Source: a virus | Length of the DNA: 64,000 nucleotides | Virus record (IMG/VR): IMGVR_UViG_3300036893_000044 | Coordinates: 6,192 to 70,191 of that record | Direction: 5' to 3' (one strand) | The notes under the pieces: generated by a model | What the model saw: the letters and a program-made list of their open reading frames with translations, nothing else | Told to the model about the DNA's origin: nothing | Database searches by the model: none | Translations under genes and position numbers: made by a program | In this document: positions 9,455 through 19,596 of the stretch, piece after piece | Layout of the letters: every line of letters starts with the position of its first letter | How positions within the stretch are numbered: the first letter of the stretch is position 1

Positions 9455-9627
9455 TCACTCCCTCAAGTGAGGCTGGCGGGGGATGCTTGAGGACACCCCC
9501 CAACCACTTTCGGCTTCGGGAGCGACCCAAAGCACCACAATGTCCAAGCCCGGCAGGCAGGACGAAAACAGACTACCACCCCAAAAATCTCTTTGCAAGC
9601 GAAACCAGTGAGTGTAAATTCAATTCC

Positions 9628-10257
9628 ATGAGTCTTATTGGGATTGTGGCCATTTCCGTCCTCGCAGCCTTATTTCTCTTCACACTCCTCGCGGGTCTGG
9701 CCGTGCTTATCTGGCTCGCCATGCGGCTGAGAAAAGACCTCACGGCAGCTCAGCAGCAAGCGGCGGCAGTCTACGCAGAGACTCAAAAACTCCTGCAATC
9801 CCACCAGGCAGAGAGTCGGACATCCATCGAATCCGCGAAGTCGAGTTTCGGCGCAATCCGCAACGAGGTGAAGACCTCGCTCGAAGGACAGCAAGGCGCT
9901 TGGAAAGCGGCGACCGAGACGCAAACCAAAGAACTGCGAGCGACCCTTGACCAATTCAAAGCAGACATTGGCGTGGCTATCTCCAAGATCAATGCCGACG
10001 CTTTGCAGACTGTGGCTGTTCGGCTGACCAATGTTTCGATTCGCGCGGAGAAAGCTATCAGTGTCTTCCAAGAGTTGATTTTGAGCGCAGGAAATCCCGG
10101 GCCGTCCGATCTACCGGATGAAGCGTTTGCGCCTGAAGAGAGTCAGTTCGCCGGACCCCCTTCCGCGTATTCTGTGAGTCCAACAGCGCGCATGGATCAG
10201 GAAGCCGATATGGTCGAGCAAGCCTCACAATTAACCGAATCACTAGCCGAGGTTTAA
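9628..10257 (+). CDS. Membrane-anchored coiled-coil protein
   Basis: N-terminal hydrophobic helix then heptad-rich region. Confidence 0.65.
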   Translation: MSLIGIVAISVLAALFLFTLLAGLAVLIWLAMRLRKDLTAAQQQAAAVYAETQKLLQSHQAESRTSIESAKSSFGAIRNEVKTSLEGQQGAWKAATETQTKELRATLDQFKADIGVAISKINADALQTVAVRLTNVSIRAEKAISVFQELILSAGNPGPSDLPDEAFAPEESQFAGPPSAYSVSPTARMDQEADMVEQASQLTESLAEV

Positions 10258-10938
10258 ATGCCGGCAGCCGCCAAGAAAACCAGAGCGCTCGCCATCGTCA
10301 AACCGCAGGCGCGCGGTGGGCGCCGCTTCATGCCGAGTCCAGGCGCTGCCGATCTGCGTCGATGGTTTATGTTCGACACGTTGGGCATGACTGAGCAGGC
10401 GATTGCCGAAAAAGAGAAAACAAATCCGCTCAACGTCCGTGATTCCATCGACTACATCAAGGAATGGAAATTTCGTAACTCGACGGCGATGCTCGATACA
10501 AAGTTTGTCGAGGTCGTCATGTCGCAGTTGGATGATGTCGGCAAAGTCTACCAGCGCGGCATGAAGGCAGAGAAGGTCGTCTACGTCAATCAGAAGACCG
10601 GCAAGGTGAAGAAGATGCCGGATATCGCGATGCAGTTGAAGACCGCGGCGGAGATCCGAAACGCGGTTGACACCATCCATCCCAAAGGACCGCTCGTCCA
10701 GAATAACCAGCAGAACAATTTTGGCGCGGCAGGTGGCGGAGGCTACGGGCCAGGCGCGAGCTTCGAGGCAATTCTCCGGAAGAAGCGCGAGGAGAAGGGC
10801 CTGCTTAATTCGCAAGACACCGAGATTATGGATGCCGAGTTGACGCACGAGGAATCGGTCGCCGACGAGTTTAAGGATTTTGGCGGGTCGGGCGACGATG
10901 ACGAAGACGAAGACGAAGACGACGAAGGCGATGAATGA
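10258..10938 (+). CDS. Putative terminase small subunit
   Basis: Directly upstream of and coupled to large terminase; HTH-like N-terminus, acidic tail. Confidence 0.55.
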   Translation: MPAAAKKTRALAIVKPQARGGRRFMPSPGAADLRRWFMFDTLGMTEQAIAEKEKTNPLNVRDSIDYIKEWKFRNSTAMLDTKFVEVVMSQLDDVGKVYQRGMKAEKVVYVNQKTGKVKKMPDIAMQLKTAAEIRNAVDTIHPKGPLVQNNQQNNFGAAGGGGYGPGASFEAILRKKREEKGLLNSQDTEIMDAELTHEESVADEFKDFGGSGDDDEDEDEDDEGDE

Positions 10939-13073
10939 GAGTCCCGCGCCGCAACCAGGGTCTCAACGATGAAATCGAAGTGCTGCAGGACCACTACCTG
11001 CGCTGCGGACAAGACATCACCCGGGCTTGGGCGGAGTTACCATCCGGCGGATTGCAGTTCATCGAAAATGAAGTTGGAAAAGCGCTCGACCTGCGCTACT
11101 ACCTCGAGAATTACCACATCATCAAGACTGAGCATGGGCAACTAAAAACCCTCTTTCCGTTTTGGGATCATCAGGAAATTCTGTATGAGGCGATTCAGGA
11201 AGAGTGGACCGAGCACGGCTATTGCAAAATCATCGTCCTCAAACCCCGCCAGACCGGCATTAGTGTATGGACGGCGGCTTCCATGCTCCACCACACCATG
11301 TTCACGCCCCACTGCTTCACGATGATCGTCGCGCAGAACGACGACACCTCCGAGTACATCTACCAGATGAGCTTGAATGCCTACGCAAATCTTCCATGGT
11401 GGATGAAGCCGGAATGGATGTACAAAACGAAAAACGGTGGCATCGAGTTCCAGCGCAGCGATGAAAAAGAGCGCATGGTGGACCCGGGCCTTGGATCAGG
11501 ATTGCAGGTGTCGGCGGCGACGAAGACTTCAGGTGTCGCCATTGGTCGATCGATTCGAGCTCTTCATGCTTCAGAGGTTAGTCGTTGGCCGAACGATGAG
11601 GTGTACGAAGGCGACATCCGGCCCAGCATGAACGCGCGTGACACGTACCAGGTATTCGAATCCACTGGATTGGGTCGTAGTGGTTTATTTTACGAAGAGT
11701 GGTGTGCGGCTGTTGATGGCGACAGCGATATGAGGCCTGTCTGGATTCCGGTTTACAAGGTCAAGAAGTACTACACCCTGCCAGAGAACATGCCGGGGAC
11801 GTTCGAGCTCGCCGATGACGAGATCACCTTCAACGCACGGATCAAGAAGGAAGAAGACTTCGAGATCCCTGATGCGTTCTGGGACTTCCGGCGGAACCGC
11901 ATGCGCGCCGCTAAGCGCAAGGGAAAGAAGGCCGGCTTCCTTGAGTCGTATCCGTTAACACCGAACGAAGCATTCCAATCGTCAGGACTCTGCGCCTTTG
12001 ACCGCGACTCGCTTGAATGGCAGGAGATGAACAAGGTATGCGATCCACTGTTTGCCGGCGAAATCACGCTCGTCTCGATGGAGCCGCCGCGCATCAACAC
12101 CGACGACATTGCGGTGGTGAAAGAGAAACATGATTTGCCAAAGCGCAAATCTGGCAGGGGCGGGAAACGGCTGTTCATCTGGGAGATGCCAGATAAAGAC
12201 GACACCTACTATGTCTCAATGGACGTGGCGCTCGGCAATGGTGGCGACTACTCGATGGCGACCGTGTGGCGGGCCGGGCAGGGTATAGAGCCGGACTCGA
12301 TTGCGGCGACATGGTGGGGCTGGATCCCGCCAAAGAAATTTGCGCACGTCGGCGCGGCCATCGGAATTTTCTATAACATGGCGGAGATCGCAGTCGAGTA
12401 CATGAAAGACGGTATCACCACGGGCAATGAGTTGCGCGACCTCGATTACCCGAATCTCTACCGGCCGCAATTCAAAGACAAAATCACCAGCCAGGCGACA
12501 AACTATCTTCACTGGCTGACGAACTCAAAGACCCGCGACGAGATCATTGGCTGCATGAATGAGGCGCTGCTCGACCATACGGTTGTCATTCGAGACGCTG
12601 ACATGCTTGACGAGATGATCGACTTCGCGGCGATGGAAACGGATGGCAGGTCTGAAGGGCAAGGCAACAATGACGATTCCGTGATGTCGGGCATGATCGG
12701 CCTCTATTGCCTGCGCGAGACGACGAAGCACTTGAAGACTTCGGCCTCAACGGAAAAAGTTCGGTCCACGGGCGAGTTGCACATTTACGGCGTCTACGAC
12801 AACATCATGCGCCAGCGCGGTCAATACAACACCCAGGCGGAAGCGGACAAGGTGATTCTTGGCAAGGCGGGATGGAGTGTCCGACCGATATTAGTCTGTC
12901 AGGCGAATACGCTTCACTCGCCGATTTGGGATGCTATGGGTGCGGAGCGTGATTTACATTTAAGGCACGGGCTGCACTCGACGGAAATCACTCCGGATGT
13001 TGTGTGGGCATACAAATCGGCGATGATGAACGCAGGACCGTCGCAAAACGAAGAGTTCGGAGCGGATTGGTAA
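10935..13073 (+). CDS. terL: Terminase large subunit
   Basis: LKPRQTGIS Walker A variant, LHASEVSRW Walker B, ESTG coupling motif, nuclease MDVALG.GGDYS..AVE..NDDSVMS. Confidence 0.92.
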   Translation: MRVPRRNQGLNDEIEVLQDHYLRCGQDITRAWAELPSGGLQFIENEVGKALDLRYYLENYHIIKTEHGQLKTLFPFWDHQEILYEAIQEEWTEHGYCKIIVLKPRQTGISVWTAASMLHHTMFTPHCFTMIVAQNDDTSEYIYQMSLNAYANLPWWMKPEWMYKTKNGGIEFQRSDEKERMVDPGLGSGLQVSAATKTSGVAIGRSIRALHASEVSRWPNDEVYEGDIRPSMNARDTYQVFESTGLGRSGLFYEEWCAAVDGDSDMRPVWIPVYKVKKYYTLPENMPGTFELADDEITFNARIKKEEDFEIPDAFWDFRRNRMRAAKRKGKKAGFLESYPLTPNEAFQSSGLCAFDRDSLEWQEMNKVCDPLFAGEITLVSMEPPRINTDDIAVVKEKHDLPKRKSGRGGKRLFIWEMPDKDDTYYVSMDVALGNGGDYSMATVWRAGQGIEPDSIAATWWGWIPPKKFAHVGAAIGIFYNMAEIAVEYMKDGITTGNELRDLDYPNLYRPQFKDKITSQATNYLHWLTNSKTRDEIIGCMNEALLDHTVVIRDADMLDEMIDFAAMETDGRSEGQGNNDDSVMSGMIGLYCLRETTKHLKTSASTEKVRSTGELHIYGVYDNIMRQRGQYNTQAEADKVILGKAGWSVRPILVCQANTLHSPIWDAMGAERDLHLRHGLHSTEITPDVVWAYKSAMMNAGPSQNEEFGADW

Positions 13074-13084
13074 AGGAGACGAGG

Positions 13085-13315
13085 ATGACGAAGGATACAC
13101 TGCAAGCGGAATCAGTTCTTCCGATCACACTCGAATTAGAGTTGGATCGAAACAAAAACGGCGAGTGCCACACAGAAACACTCAGGATTCAATGTCACGG
13201 CTATATCTATGAGGCAGGTGGAGACATAACCCTGTTCCGCGCAGAGGCTGGAGCGTTGAAAATATTTGCTGGATTCAACAGAGTTTTCGCCTACCGTGAA
13301 TTGGAGGCCAACTGA
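13085..13315 (+). CDS. Hypothetical protein
   Basis: AAGGAG upstream; overlaps next start. Confidence 0.5.
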   Translation: MTKDTLQAESVLPITLELELDRNKNGECHTETLRIQCHGYIYEAGGDITLFRAEAGALKIFAGFNRVFAYRELEAN

Positions 13316-13815
13316 TGCCTGTTCTACCAAAAGTAGTTGGCGACAAAGCGACGGGGGCGTATTGCCCAATGTGCCGCAATCAGGGCTCACCCACGGTTGA
13401 GGCGATACGTGACCACGTAAATGTTTCCTGCCTCATGGGTCACAGAATGACCGATGCGCAGTTCTGGGCCATGCAACCCGACATGATCAAAACCGAAGTT
13501 CGGTTTGCACCTGGATCCGGCGATGTGAAGGTTGAAATCTGGGTCAACCAGGAATGCCTGATGAAAGCGAAGGATGCCCTCGGCGAGCGCTTCCATCCCA
13601 CCATCGGGTCGATCATCCGAGCCTGCATGGCCGGCGCGCCGGTTCTTATTGATGGGCAGCAGGCGGAGAAACTGCGGAAACTCGGAGTGAAAAACGGCGC
13701 GGAAATGATTGCGACAGCCGAGCAGGTTAAGGAGCTTTCCGGCCAAAACGAGAATTTAGTCGCGAAGTTGAATGAGTGGGAAGAGAGATTCAGCAAGGCG
13801 ATGTCCGGCACCTGA
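13315..13815 (+). CDS. Hypothetical Zn-ribbon/coiled-coil protein
   Basis: CPMC..CLMGH; located between terL and portal. Confidence 0.6.
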   Translation: MPVLPKVVGDKATGAYCPMCRNQGSPTVEAIRDHVNVSCLMGHRMTDAQFWAMQPDMIKTEVRFAPGSGDVKVEIWVNQECLMKAKDALGERFHPTIGSIIRACMAGAPVLIDGQQAEKLRKLGVKNGAEMIATAEQVKELSGQNENLVAKLNEWEERFSKAMSGT

Positions 13816-13876
13816 TTAGAAGTTTTCTCCCGCATCCCCCCTCTAAACCTCAGAGATTCAGGTAAACTCCAACGCG

Positions 13877-15676
13877 ATGGCCGATTCGACCGAGAGACCG
13901 GAAGCTGCGCTGGAGCGGGAAGTACTCGCCTGGTCCGACTCCGTTTACGACGAAGCGGAGCGGGAACTTGCCGACTCCCGCGAAATTCGGCTGACATCCC
14001 GGCTCATCGACTACATCTCCGGCCAGCAGTGGAACGCTAAATCCCGCTTCGGCCGCAGTCGGCCAACCGTGAACCGCCTCTTCCGGCAGTTCATGGAAAT
14101 GGCGGGTATCCTCACCGACATCGAGCCGGACTTTCAGGTTAAGTTCCACAACGAAGACGAGCAATTCACCGCTCTCCAGACCCTGCTCAACGAGATGATT
14201 ACCATGTGGGCGCAGGTGACGGACTTCGAAGCGGAGCTCACCCAGTCCGTCATGTGGGCGCTGCTCCACACGGGATTCGCCAAAATCCAATGGAACGGCG
14301 CGATGAACAACGGGATGGGGGATAACGAGTTCATGCCCCTTGGACCGCTGAATGTGATGAGTATCGGCGCGGGGAAGAAGCTGCAGGACGACGAATGCGT
14401 CATTGGCCGCTGGCCGGTAACGATCGAAACCCTCAAGCGGACGTTTGGCGAGCTGGCAAACGATGTGCAAGCCGACCTCGAAACCAATGAGCCGACCGGC
14501 GAAGTATCGCGGCCCGGCAAGATGTCGCAGGCGTCATGGGTCCGGCTGAATCCGCAGTTGAAGAAGATGCTCGGCAAACGGCAGTTGGATGGCAAGCGCA
14601 GCCGCTATCCGAAGGCGATGCTCAAGCAATTCTGGTTCAAGGACGCTTCGATCAATGAGGGTTCTGTCACGAAAAGAGTCGGCGACGAGCGGTACAACTG
14701 GTCGTATCTCGTCGAACCCGGAATGCCGTGGTACCCGCGCGGTCGGTTCCTGATTGTCGCCGGCGGCAAGGTTCTCCAGGACCAATGCAATCCCTACTGG
14801 CACGGCATGTTTCCCTTCGCCAAGCTCCGGCTGATTCGGGTGCCATGGTCGAGCCAGGGAGTTTCTCCGCTCGAACCCATAGCCCAAATGTCCGACATCG
14901 TAAACCGGATCAACGGCGGCCTGATGGACATGATTCGAGCCGTGATCGAGCCGCGCATCGTGGCGCCAAAGGCGGCATTCGCACAGTCTGTCTGGGATTC
15001 GATGGATCCCGGCGCACCCGGTTCTAAGATGATGTACAACAACAACACGCCGCGGGAACCGTCTTTCCCCAAACCAGCCGAGTTGCCGGCCTACGTTCTC
15101 CAGATGAAGCAGGATGTCGAGAAAGAGCAGGACATGACATCCGGCGCGTCGGCCATCAACCAGTCTTTGCAGAAAAAGCAGGTGCCGGGCGGAGACTCTC
15201 TGGAGATGATCCTGAATTCCCGGTCGATCCCCGTGCGCTTTATGGGCCGGGGCCTCTACTCGTTTCTCACCGATACCGGTACCCAGGTCGCTTCGAACAT
15301 CATGCAATTCTCGACCTCGAAGAGCCGGATCGCCAAATTCGGCACCAAGGGTCTGACGGACGCCGACTTCGAGCAACCCTTCGGCCAGTGGTTCTCGATG
15401 GCGAAGGGTATGGAGCCGGAGCAGTTCGTGCGCCAGGCGGTGTTCTCCATCCGCAAGGGCAGCTTGCTCGCCATCGAGAAGAACGAGGAAGTACAGATCG
15501 CGTTCTCGATGGTTAAAATGGGCGTGCTGTCGAGGAAGGCGCTGTATCGCAAGCTCGGGATTCCTACCGCTGAACAAGAGCGGATTGAGAAAGAGTTGCT
15601 GGAAGAGGCCAAAGAGAAGATTGCGCTGGCTCAGGCGGCTGGGGCCGGGCAGCATCCCGCACACGGTAAGAAGTGA
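13877..15676 (+). CDS. Portal protein
   Basis: 599 aa after terL; P22-like portal features (NPYWHG.FPF, Q..D.VN, DMTSG.S...Q). Confidence 0.85.
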   Translation: MADSTERPEAALEREVLAWSDSVYDEAERELADSREIRLTSRLIDYISGQQWNAKSRFGRSRPTVNRLFRQFMEMAGILTDIEPDFQVKFHNEDEQFTALQTLLNEMITMWAQVTDFEAELTQSVMWALLHTGFAKIQWNGAMNNGMGDNEFMPLGPLNVMSIGAGKKLQDDECVIGRWPVTIETLKRTFGELANDVQADLETNEPTGEVSRPGKMSQASWVRLNPQLKKMLGKRQLDGKRSRYPKAMLKQFWFKDASINEGSVTKRVGDERYNWSYLVEPGMPWYPRGRFLIVAGGKVLQDQCNPYWHGMFPFAKLRLIRVPWSSQGVSPLEPIAQMSDIVNRINGGLMDMIRAVIEPRIVAPKAAFAQSVWDSMDPGAPGSKMMYNNNTPREPSFPKPAELPAYVLQMKQDVEKEQDMTSGASAINQSLQKKQVPGGDSLEMILNSRSIPVRFMGRGLYSFLTDTGTQVASNIMQFSTSKSRIAKFGTKGLTDADFEQPFGQWFSMAKGMEPEQFVRQAVFSIRKGSLLAIEKNEEVQIAFSMVKMGVLSRKALYRKLGIPTAEQERIEKELLEEAKEKIALAQAAGAGQHPAHGKK

Positions 15677-15873
15677 TCTACTACTTCACTTTCTCTCTAC
15701 GTTGGACCTCGGCAAGATATACGCGGCACAACTTGATTCCTGCTTGGGCTAAATTGTAAGCCCCCACTTCCGTTAATTCGCGGGGCGCAGGAAGAGACTT
15801 TATCTGCGTGTCAACCCATGCGTTTAACAGGAGAGCCACCGGCACTGAAAGTAGTGAAATGATGCAAAATGCC

Positions 15874-16047
15874 TCAATCATGCGGCACGCTTCCGCCGGG
15901 TTTCTTTGCATCCTTCCACCAATCCGATAAAACCTTCCGGTTACGGCGATTGTTCAGGGCAGACCAATCCACAGTAAATTCTATTGGGGCTACTGCCGTA
16001 TGGTTGAGAGTAAACTCCTCGACCTTCTTATCACTCAAGTTATCCAT
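15874..16047 (-). CDS. Hypothetical protein
   Basis: GAGGGA RBS; overlaps stop of upstream HTH gene. Confidence 0.4.
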   Translation of the reverse strand: MDNLSDKKVEEFTLNHTAVAPIEFTVDWSALNNRRNRKVLSDWWKDAKKPGGSVPHD

Positions 16048-16225
16048 TCTTCCCTCTCTGCAAAAGCGCAAACACATCGCTCGGCATAATCCGCCAACAC
16101 TTGTCGCTCAGTTTTTTTCCACCGAGTTTTCCACGGCGGAGCCAACGGTAGATGGTTGCCACGTCAAGTTGAAGGTATCCTGCGACTTGCTCAGGCGACA
16201 TCGGGCCGGTTGGAAGTGTAGCCAT
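16040..16225 (-). CDS. Excisionase-like HTH_17 DNA-binding protein
   Basis: MSPEQVAGYLQLDVATIYRWLRRGKL..K..WRI; TACAAT 7 nt upstream (leaderless). Confidence 0.8.
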   Translation of the reverse strand: MATLPTGPMSPEQVAGYLQLDVATIYRWLRRGKLGGKKLSDKCWRIMPSDVFALLQRGKNG

Positions 16226-16397
16226 GCGCTTTATTGTACTCAAATATCCGTTAAAGTACAGACCTCTTTCGCGCAAATCCCGCAGCCGTTGCGGTTTCAG
16301 AATTTCATGGTAGATATTCATTTCGAGGCTGGATGGAAACATCCTGTCTGACCGAGGTGAAGGCCTCGTTAAAAAACCGATCCGAAAGGAGATTTCC

Positions 16398-16466
16398 ATG
16401 CGTAAGGGACACAAACGCGGTGGGAAGCGCAAGGGCCACAAGCGCGGCCACAAGCGCGAGAAGTAG
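16398..16466 (+). CDS. 22-aa basic peptide MRKGHKRGGKRKGHKRGHKREK
   Basis: AAAGGAGA RBS; below ORF-track cutoff; GHKR repeats. Confidence 0.6.
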   Translation: MRKGHKRGGKRKGHKRGHKREK

Positions 16467-16499
16467 TCTCGCGCTGTCAGACGACAGCCAACACAAACC

Positions 16500-16524
16500 G
16501 AGGGGCCGGGCAACCGGCCTCCTC
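16500..16524 (+). other. GNRA-tetraloop hairpin in head operon
   Basis: GAGG-GGCCGG GCAA CCGGCC-TCCTC. Confidence 0.5.
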
Positions 16525-16544
16525 AACCCAAGAGGTAAACTCCC

Positions 16545-16718
16545 ATGGCAAAGAATGAGCGCGTAAGCGAAGAGACATTCGGCGGGCCGGTATCGAATCC
16601 GAAGATGACTGGCGGATCGATCAAACTTTTCGGCCACATGATCAACGACCGCGTGATTCCCGACCGCGGATTCAGCCCGAACGTGAAGACCGGCCATCCG
16701 GTAAAGAATCCCAAATAA
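16545..16718 (+). CDS. 57-aa hypothetical head-region protein
   Basis: AGAGGT RBS; MAKNERVSEETFGGP...PVKNPK; not in ORF track. Confidence 0.6.
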   Translation: MAKNERVSEETFGGPVSNPKMTGGSIKLFGHMINDRVIPDRGFSPNVKTGHPVKNPK

Positions 16719-16721
16719 CCC

Positions 16722-17099
16722 ATGCCACTTCCCGCACCCACTGCCGCGCCGCCTTCGTTCTACGACAACCTGCCTGCGGGCGGAGATGCCGCAGCCGGTG
16801 GTCCTCAACCTGGGGGCAAAAAAGGCGCGGACTCGGATGTGGACGAAGAATTGATGAAGGGACTGACGGGAGTCTACCGCGTCCTTTCGAAGATGACGAA
16901 GTTGAAGAAAGACCTGAAGCCTGGGATCGACAAGTTGAAGGAAGGCATCAAGGAACTGGTTGTCCAGGGTTTGAAGAAAGACCCGAAGGATCTCGACTCG
17001 GGAGACGACAAGCCTGCCGAGGCACCACCTGAAGCACCGCCAGCCGGCGGACCTCCGGCGCCACCACCATCGCAATCAGACGATTCACATGCAGCCTAG
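16722..17099 (+). CDS. Hypothetical head-region protein
   Basis: Pro-rich termini, helical core; in head operon. Confidence 0.7.
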   Translation: MPLPAPTAAPPSFYDNLPAGGDAAAGGPQPGGKKGADSDVDEELMKGLTGVYRVLSKMTKLKKDLKPGIDKLKEGIKELVVQGLKKDPKDLDSGDDKPAEAPPEAPPAGGPPAPPPSQSDDSHAA

Positions 17100-17118
17100 A
17101 CGAGAGAGGTAAACACTC

Positions 17119-17844
17119 ATGGCAGGAATTCTTGACGATCTCAAGGGACTTTTGAGCGCAGAGGACTTCGCGAAACTGCAAGGCAGCCCGGTGGCGACCC
17201 GGCTGACGCGCGGCGACGAACTCCGCAGCTACTATGATGGCGACGAATCAGAAACACCGCCAGCCGCCGCCACTCCTCCGGCAGCGCGGCAAGGAACTCC
17301 GCCGCCTCCAGGACAATTCGACCTCTCTTCGATCGAGCGCATGCTCGACAGCAAACTCGGCACAATCGGCGCAACTATTGACACCAAGCTCGAAGCCGCC
17401 ATCAAGACGCGCGGCGACGAGTTGGTCAACAACGCCGTGAGAATTGCCGTCCAACGTTCCGACGAACTCAGCCGCATCTACGGCCGCCACGAACGCGAAG
17501 TTGGCAAGCCGTTTGACTCCGCCGAATTCAACACCTTCCTCGAGAAGCCGGAGACGAAGGCAAAGGGATTCCGGACGCTCACCGATGCATACGAGGCTTT
17601 TGTCGGGCCAGTCGTTCAAGAGAAGACGATTGCCACCAAGGTTGCCGAGGGAGTCAAGACCGCATTGGCCGCCAGGTCCGGTGAAAATGTCCCCGGCACC
17701 ACGCCGGCACCCGCAACCAACTCCAACATCCGATTCTTCCAGAAGCGCACGGCGACGGGCGCAGCAGCAGAAACGACCGGCGCGGGCCGTGCAGCCGCGC
17801 AACTTGACAGGATCATGGCTCGTCGCGACGAAATGGCGAGCTAG
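17119..17844 (+). CDS. Putative capsid scaffolding protein
   Basis: Helical, Ala/Pro-rich, immediately upstream of capsid gene. Confidence 0.65.
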   Translation: MAGILDDLKGLLSAEDFAKLQGSPVATRLTRGDELRSYYDGDESETPPAAATPPAARQGTPPPPGQFDLSSIERMLDSKLGTIGATIDTKLEAAIKTRGDELVNNAVRIAVQRSDELSRIYGRHEREVGKPFDSAEFNTFLEKPETKAKGFRTLTDAYEAFVGPVVQEKTIATKVAEGVKTALAARSGENVPGTTPAPATNSNIRFFQKRTATGAAAETTGAGRAAAQLDRIMARRDEMAS

Positions 17845-17870
17845 GCAAATTCAAATAACGGAGGCCAGAG

Positions 17871-18845
17871 ATGGCGCTGAACATCAATGATATTTCGGCC
17901 GTAACGAAGCAGGAGATCGTCCCCGAGATCGTGGACGAATACTACAAGGTTTCTCCGGTCTTCGTTCTGATCTTCAAGGGTGAGACAGTCAAGCCCTTCC
18001 CGGGCGGCCTCTACATCCAGCAGCCCATCCAGTACGCGCCTCTGAAGGCCGGTCCGTTCGCGCCCGGGTCCACCTTCGACATCTCCTATGTCCAGACGGA
18101 CACGGCGATGACTTTCGCGGTGAAGTTCTATTACGCCAACGTGACCATCCAGGGGACTCAGCTTCCCATCAACATGGGCACGAACGCGGTGATGAGCTTC
18201 GTCGAAGAGAAGATGATCAATGGCTCGCAGGCTCTGGCCCAGGCGCTCGCCATCGACATCTACAACGACGGCCAGGGCACCGTCTCTTCACAGATCGCCC
18301 TCGACGGGTTGCTTGCCGGGTACGACGACGGCACCAACTATCCGACTTACGGCGGGCTTCCCCGCGCGGCCATCGGTACCGGCGCCTCGACCGGCATCAA
18401 CGGCTACTATCAGAACGTGGCCGGACCCCTCTCGGTCACCGCTCTGCAGAAGGCATACGGCCAGGCCACCTTCGGAAACCGGCAGCCAAACCTCATCGCC
18501 ACCACGCAGTCGATCTACAACCAGCTCTACAACAAGTTGGTTCCGGCGCAGCGTGTCAACGACAACATCATGATCGACCAGGCGCAGAATATTGGCTTCA
18601 CCGCCATCCGGTTCAACAACCAGCGCCTTGTTGTCGATCAGTATGTGCCGACCGGCTATGTCTTCGGCATGAACACCGACTTTCTCAATGTCCACATCTC
18701 CGATCACGAGCTCTTTGGCTTCGGCTTCACCGGGTTCAAGGAACTGCCGAACTCAGTGGACAGCGCCGGCCAGCTTTGCTTCGGCGGTGACATCGTGGTG
18801 AGCGCGCCGCGGTTGGGCTTTATCTTGTCCGGGGTGACTGGGTAA
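17871..18845 (+). CDS. Major capsid protein (HK97 fold)
   Basis: IVD..Y..SP, GG..IQQPI, LA..IY.DG.G..LDGL, QPNLI.T, VVD..VP.G.VF.MN, G.IV.SAPR; strong codon bias. Confidence 0.88.
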   Translation: MALNINDISAVTKQEIVPEIVDEYYKVSPVFVLIFKGETVKPFPGGLYIQQPIQYAPLKAGPFAPGSTFDISYVQTDTAMTFAVKFYYANVTIQGTQLPINMGTNAVMSFVEEKMINGSQALAQALAIDIYNDGQGTVSSQIALDGLLAGYDDGTNYPTYGGLPRAAIGTGASTGINGYYQNVAGPLSVTALQKAYGQATFGNRQPNLIATTQSIYNQLYNKLVPAQRVNDNIMIDQAQNIGFTAIRFNNQRLVVDQYVPTGYVFGMNTDFLNVHISDHELFGFGFTGFKELPNSVDSAGQLCFGGDIVVSAPRLGFILSGVTG

Positions 18846-18903
18846 ACTGTTGTAAACAAAGATTTTGAGGTACAAGGCGCAACGGCGCCGGAGGATTTTC
18901 GAA

Positions 18904-19578
18904 ATGGCAATTCAATACGAGTTTCCGGTAGTATCGACGGGCAGCCTGTACACGGCAATCGACACCTACGGGTCAACGATCTCGACACAGCCTCCGACGA
19001 ACATTCCGAGCAATCCGAACGGCGCTCTGAACCCGATTGGGGCGGCGTTCCTAATTGCCCCCGGATCGAGCCTGTATTCGCCTGCCCAGTATTACCCGAG
19101 CGCTTCGGGGTCACTCAATTCAAACGGCTGGGGCGCTCCGTTGATCGTGCGCTACGTGCGATACAACTCGACGACCGCCGCCGCGATGCTGGCCTACCCG
19201 GCTCCTGTCTATTGGACCGACGAGACGTACACCACTGTCACTGGGACGTTCTCAGAAGGCCTTGGTGCGGGCAACTTGAATTCACTGGCTGGCTGGCTGC
19301 TGCCGAACTCCACATCGCTCGCTCTCACCGGAGCAAAGTCCACCACCGCTCTGAATGGCAACTTTTGCTTCATCGCCACCAAGGGCTTTGTGCCGGCGGC
19401 CGCAGTTGTTGCCTCAACGGCCGTGGGCGATGCGATTGTCGGTGCGTCTGGAAACTTTACCGTCACTCGCACGGCTTCTGGGTCAGCTCCTGTTAGTTCG
19501 CGCAATGCTCTCGCATTGACGGCTGTGAGCGCGAACACCACTTCCGACATCTGGATCAACTGCGATCCGACCTTCTAA
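18904..19578 (+). CDS. Putative capsid decoration/cement protein
   Basis: Follows MCP; RYVRY..PVYW..FCFI.TKG beta-rich. Confidence 0.6.
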   Translation: MAIQYEFPVVSTGSLYTAIDTYGSTISTQPPTNIPSNPNGALNPIGAAFLIAPGSSLYSPAQYYPSASGSLNSNGWGAPLIVRYVRYNSTTAAAMLAYPAPVYWTDETYTTVTGTFSEGLGAGNLNSLAGWLLPNSTSLALTGAKSTTALNGNFCFIATKGFVPAAAVVASTAVGDAIVGASGNFTVTRTASGSAPVSSRNALALTAVSANTTSDIWINCDPTF

Positions 19579-19596
19579 GTTCAAGGAGCAGCAATC

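Noticed and set aside
14534-15664. 376-aa antisense ORF in the portal gene (and similar long shadow ORFs, e.g. 25000-26094, 38577-39410, 47085-47981)
   Set aside because: Shadow frames of high-GC3 genes, with no RBS or motifs.
15874-16047. Possible further capsid-fragment mimic (FTLNHTAVAPIEFT..N vs MCP FAVKFYYANVTI..N)
   Set aside because: Similarity is too weak to distinguish from chance by eye.
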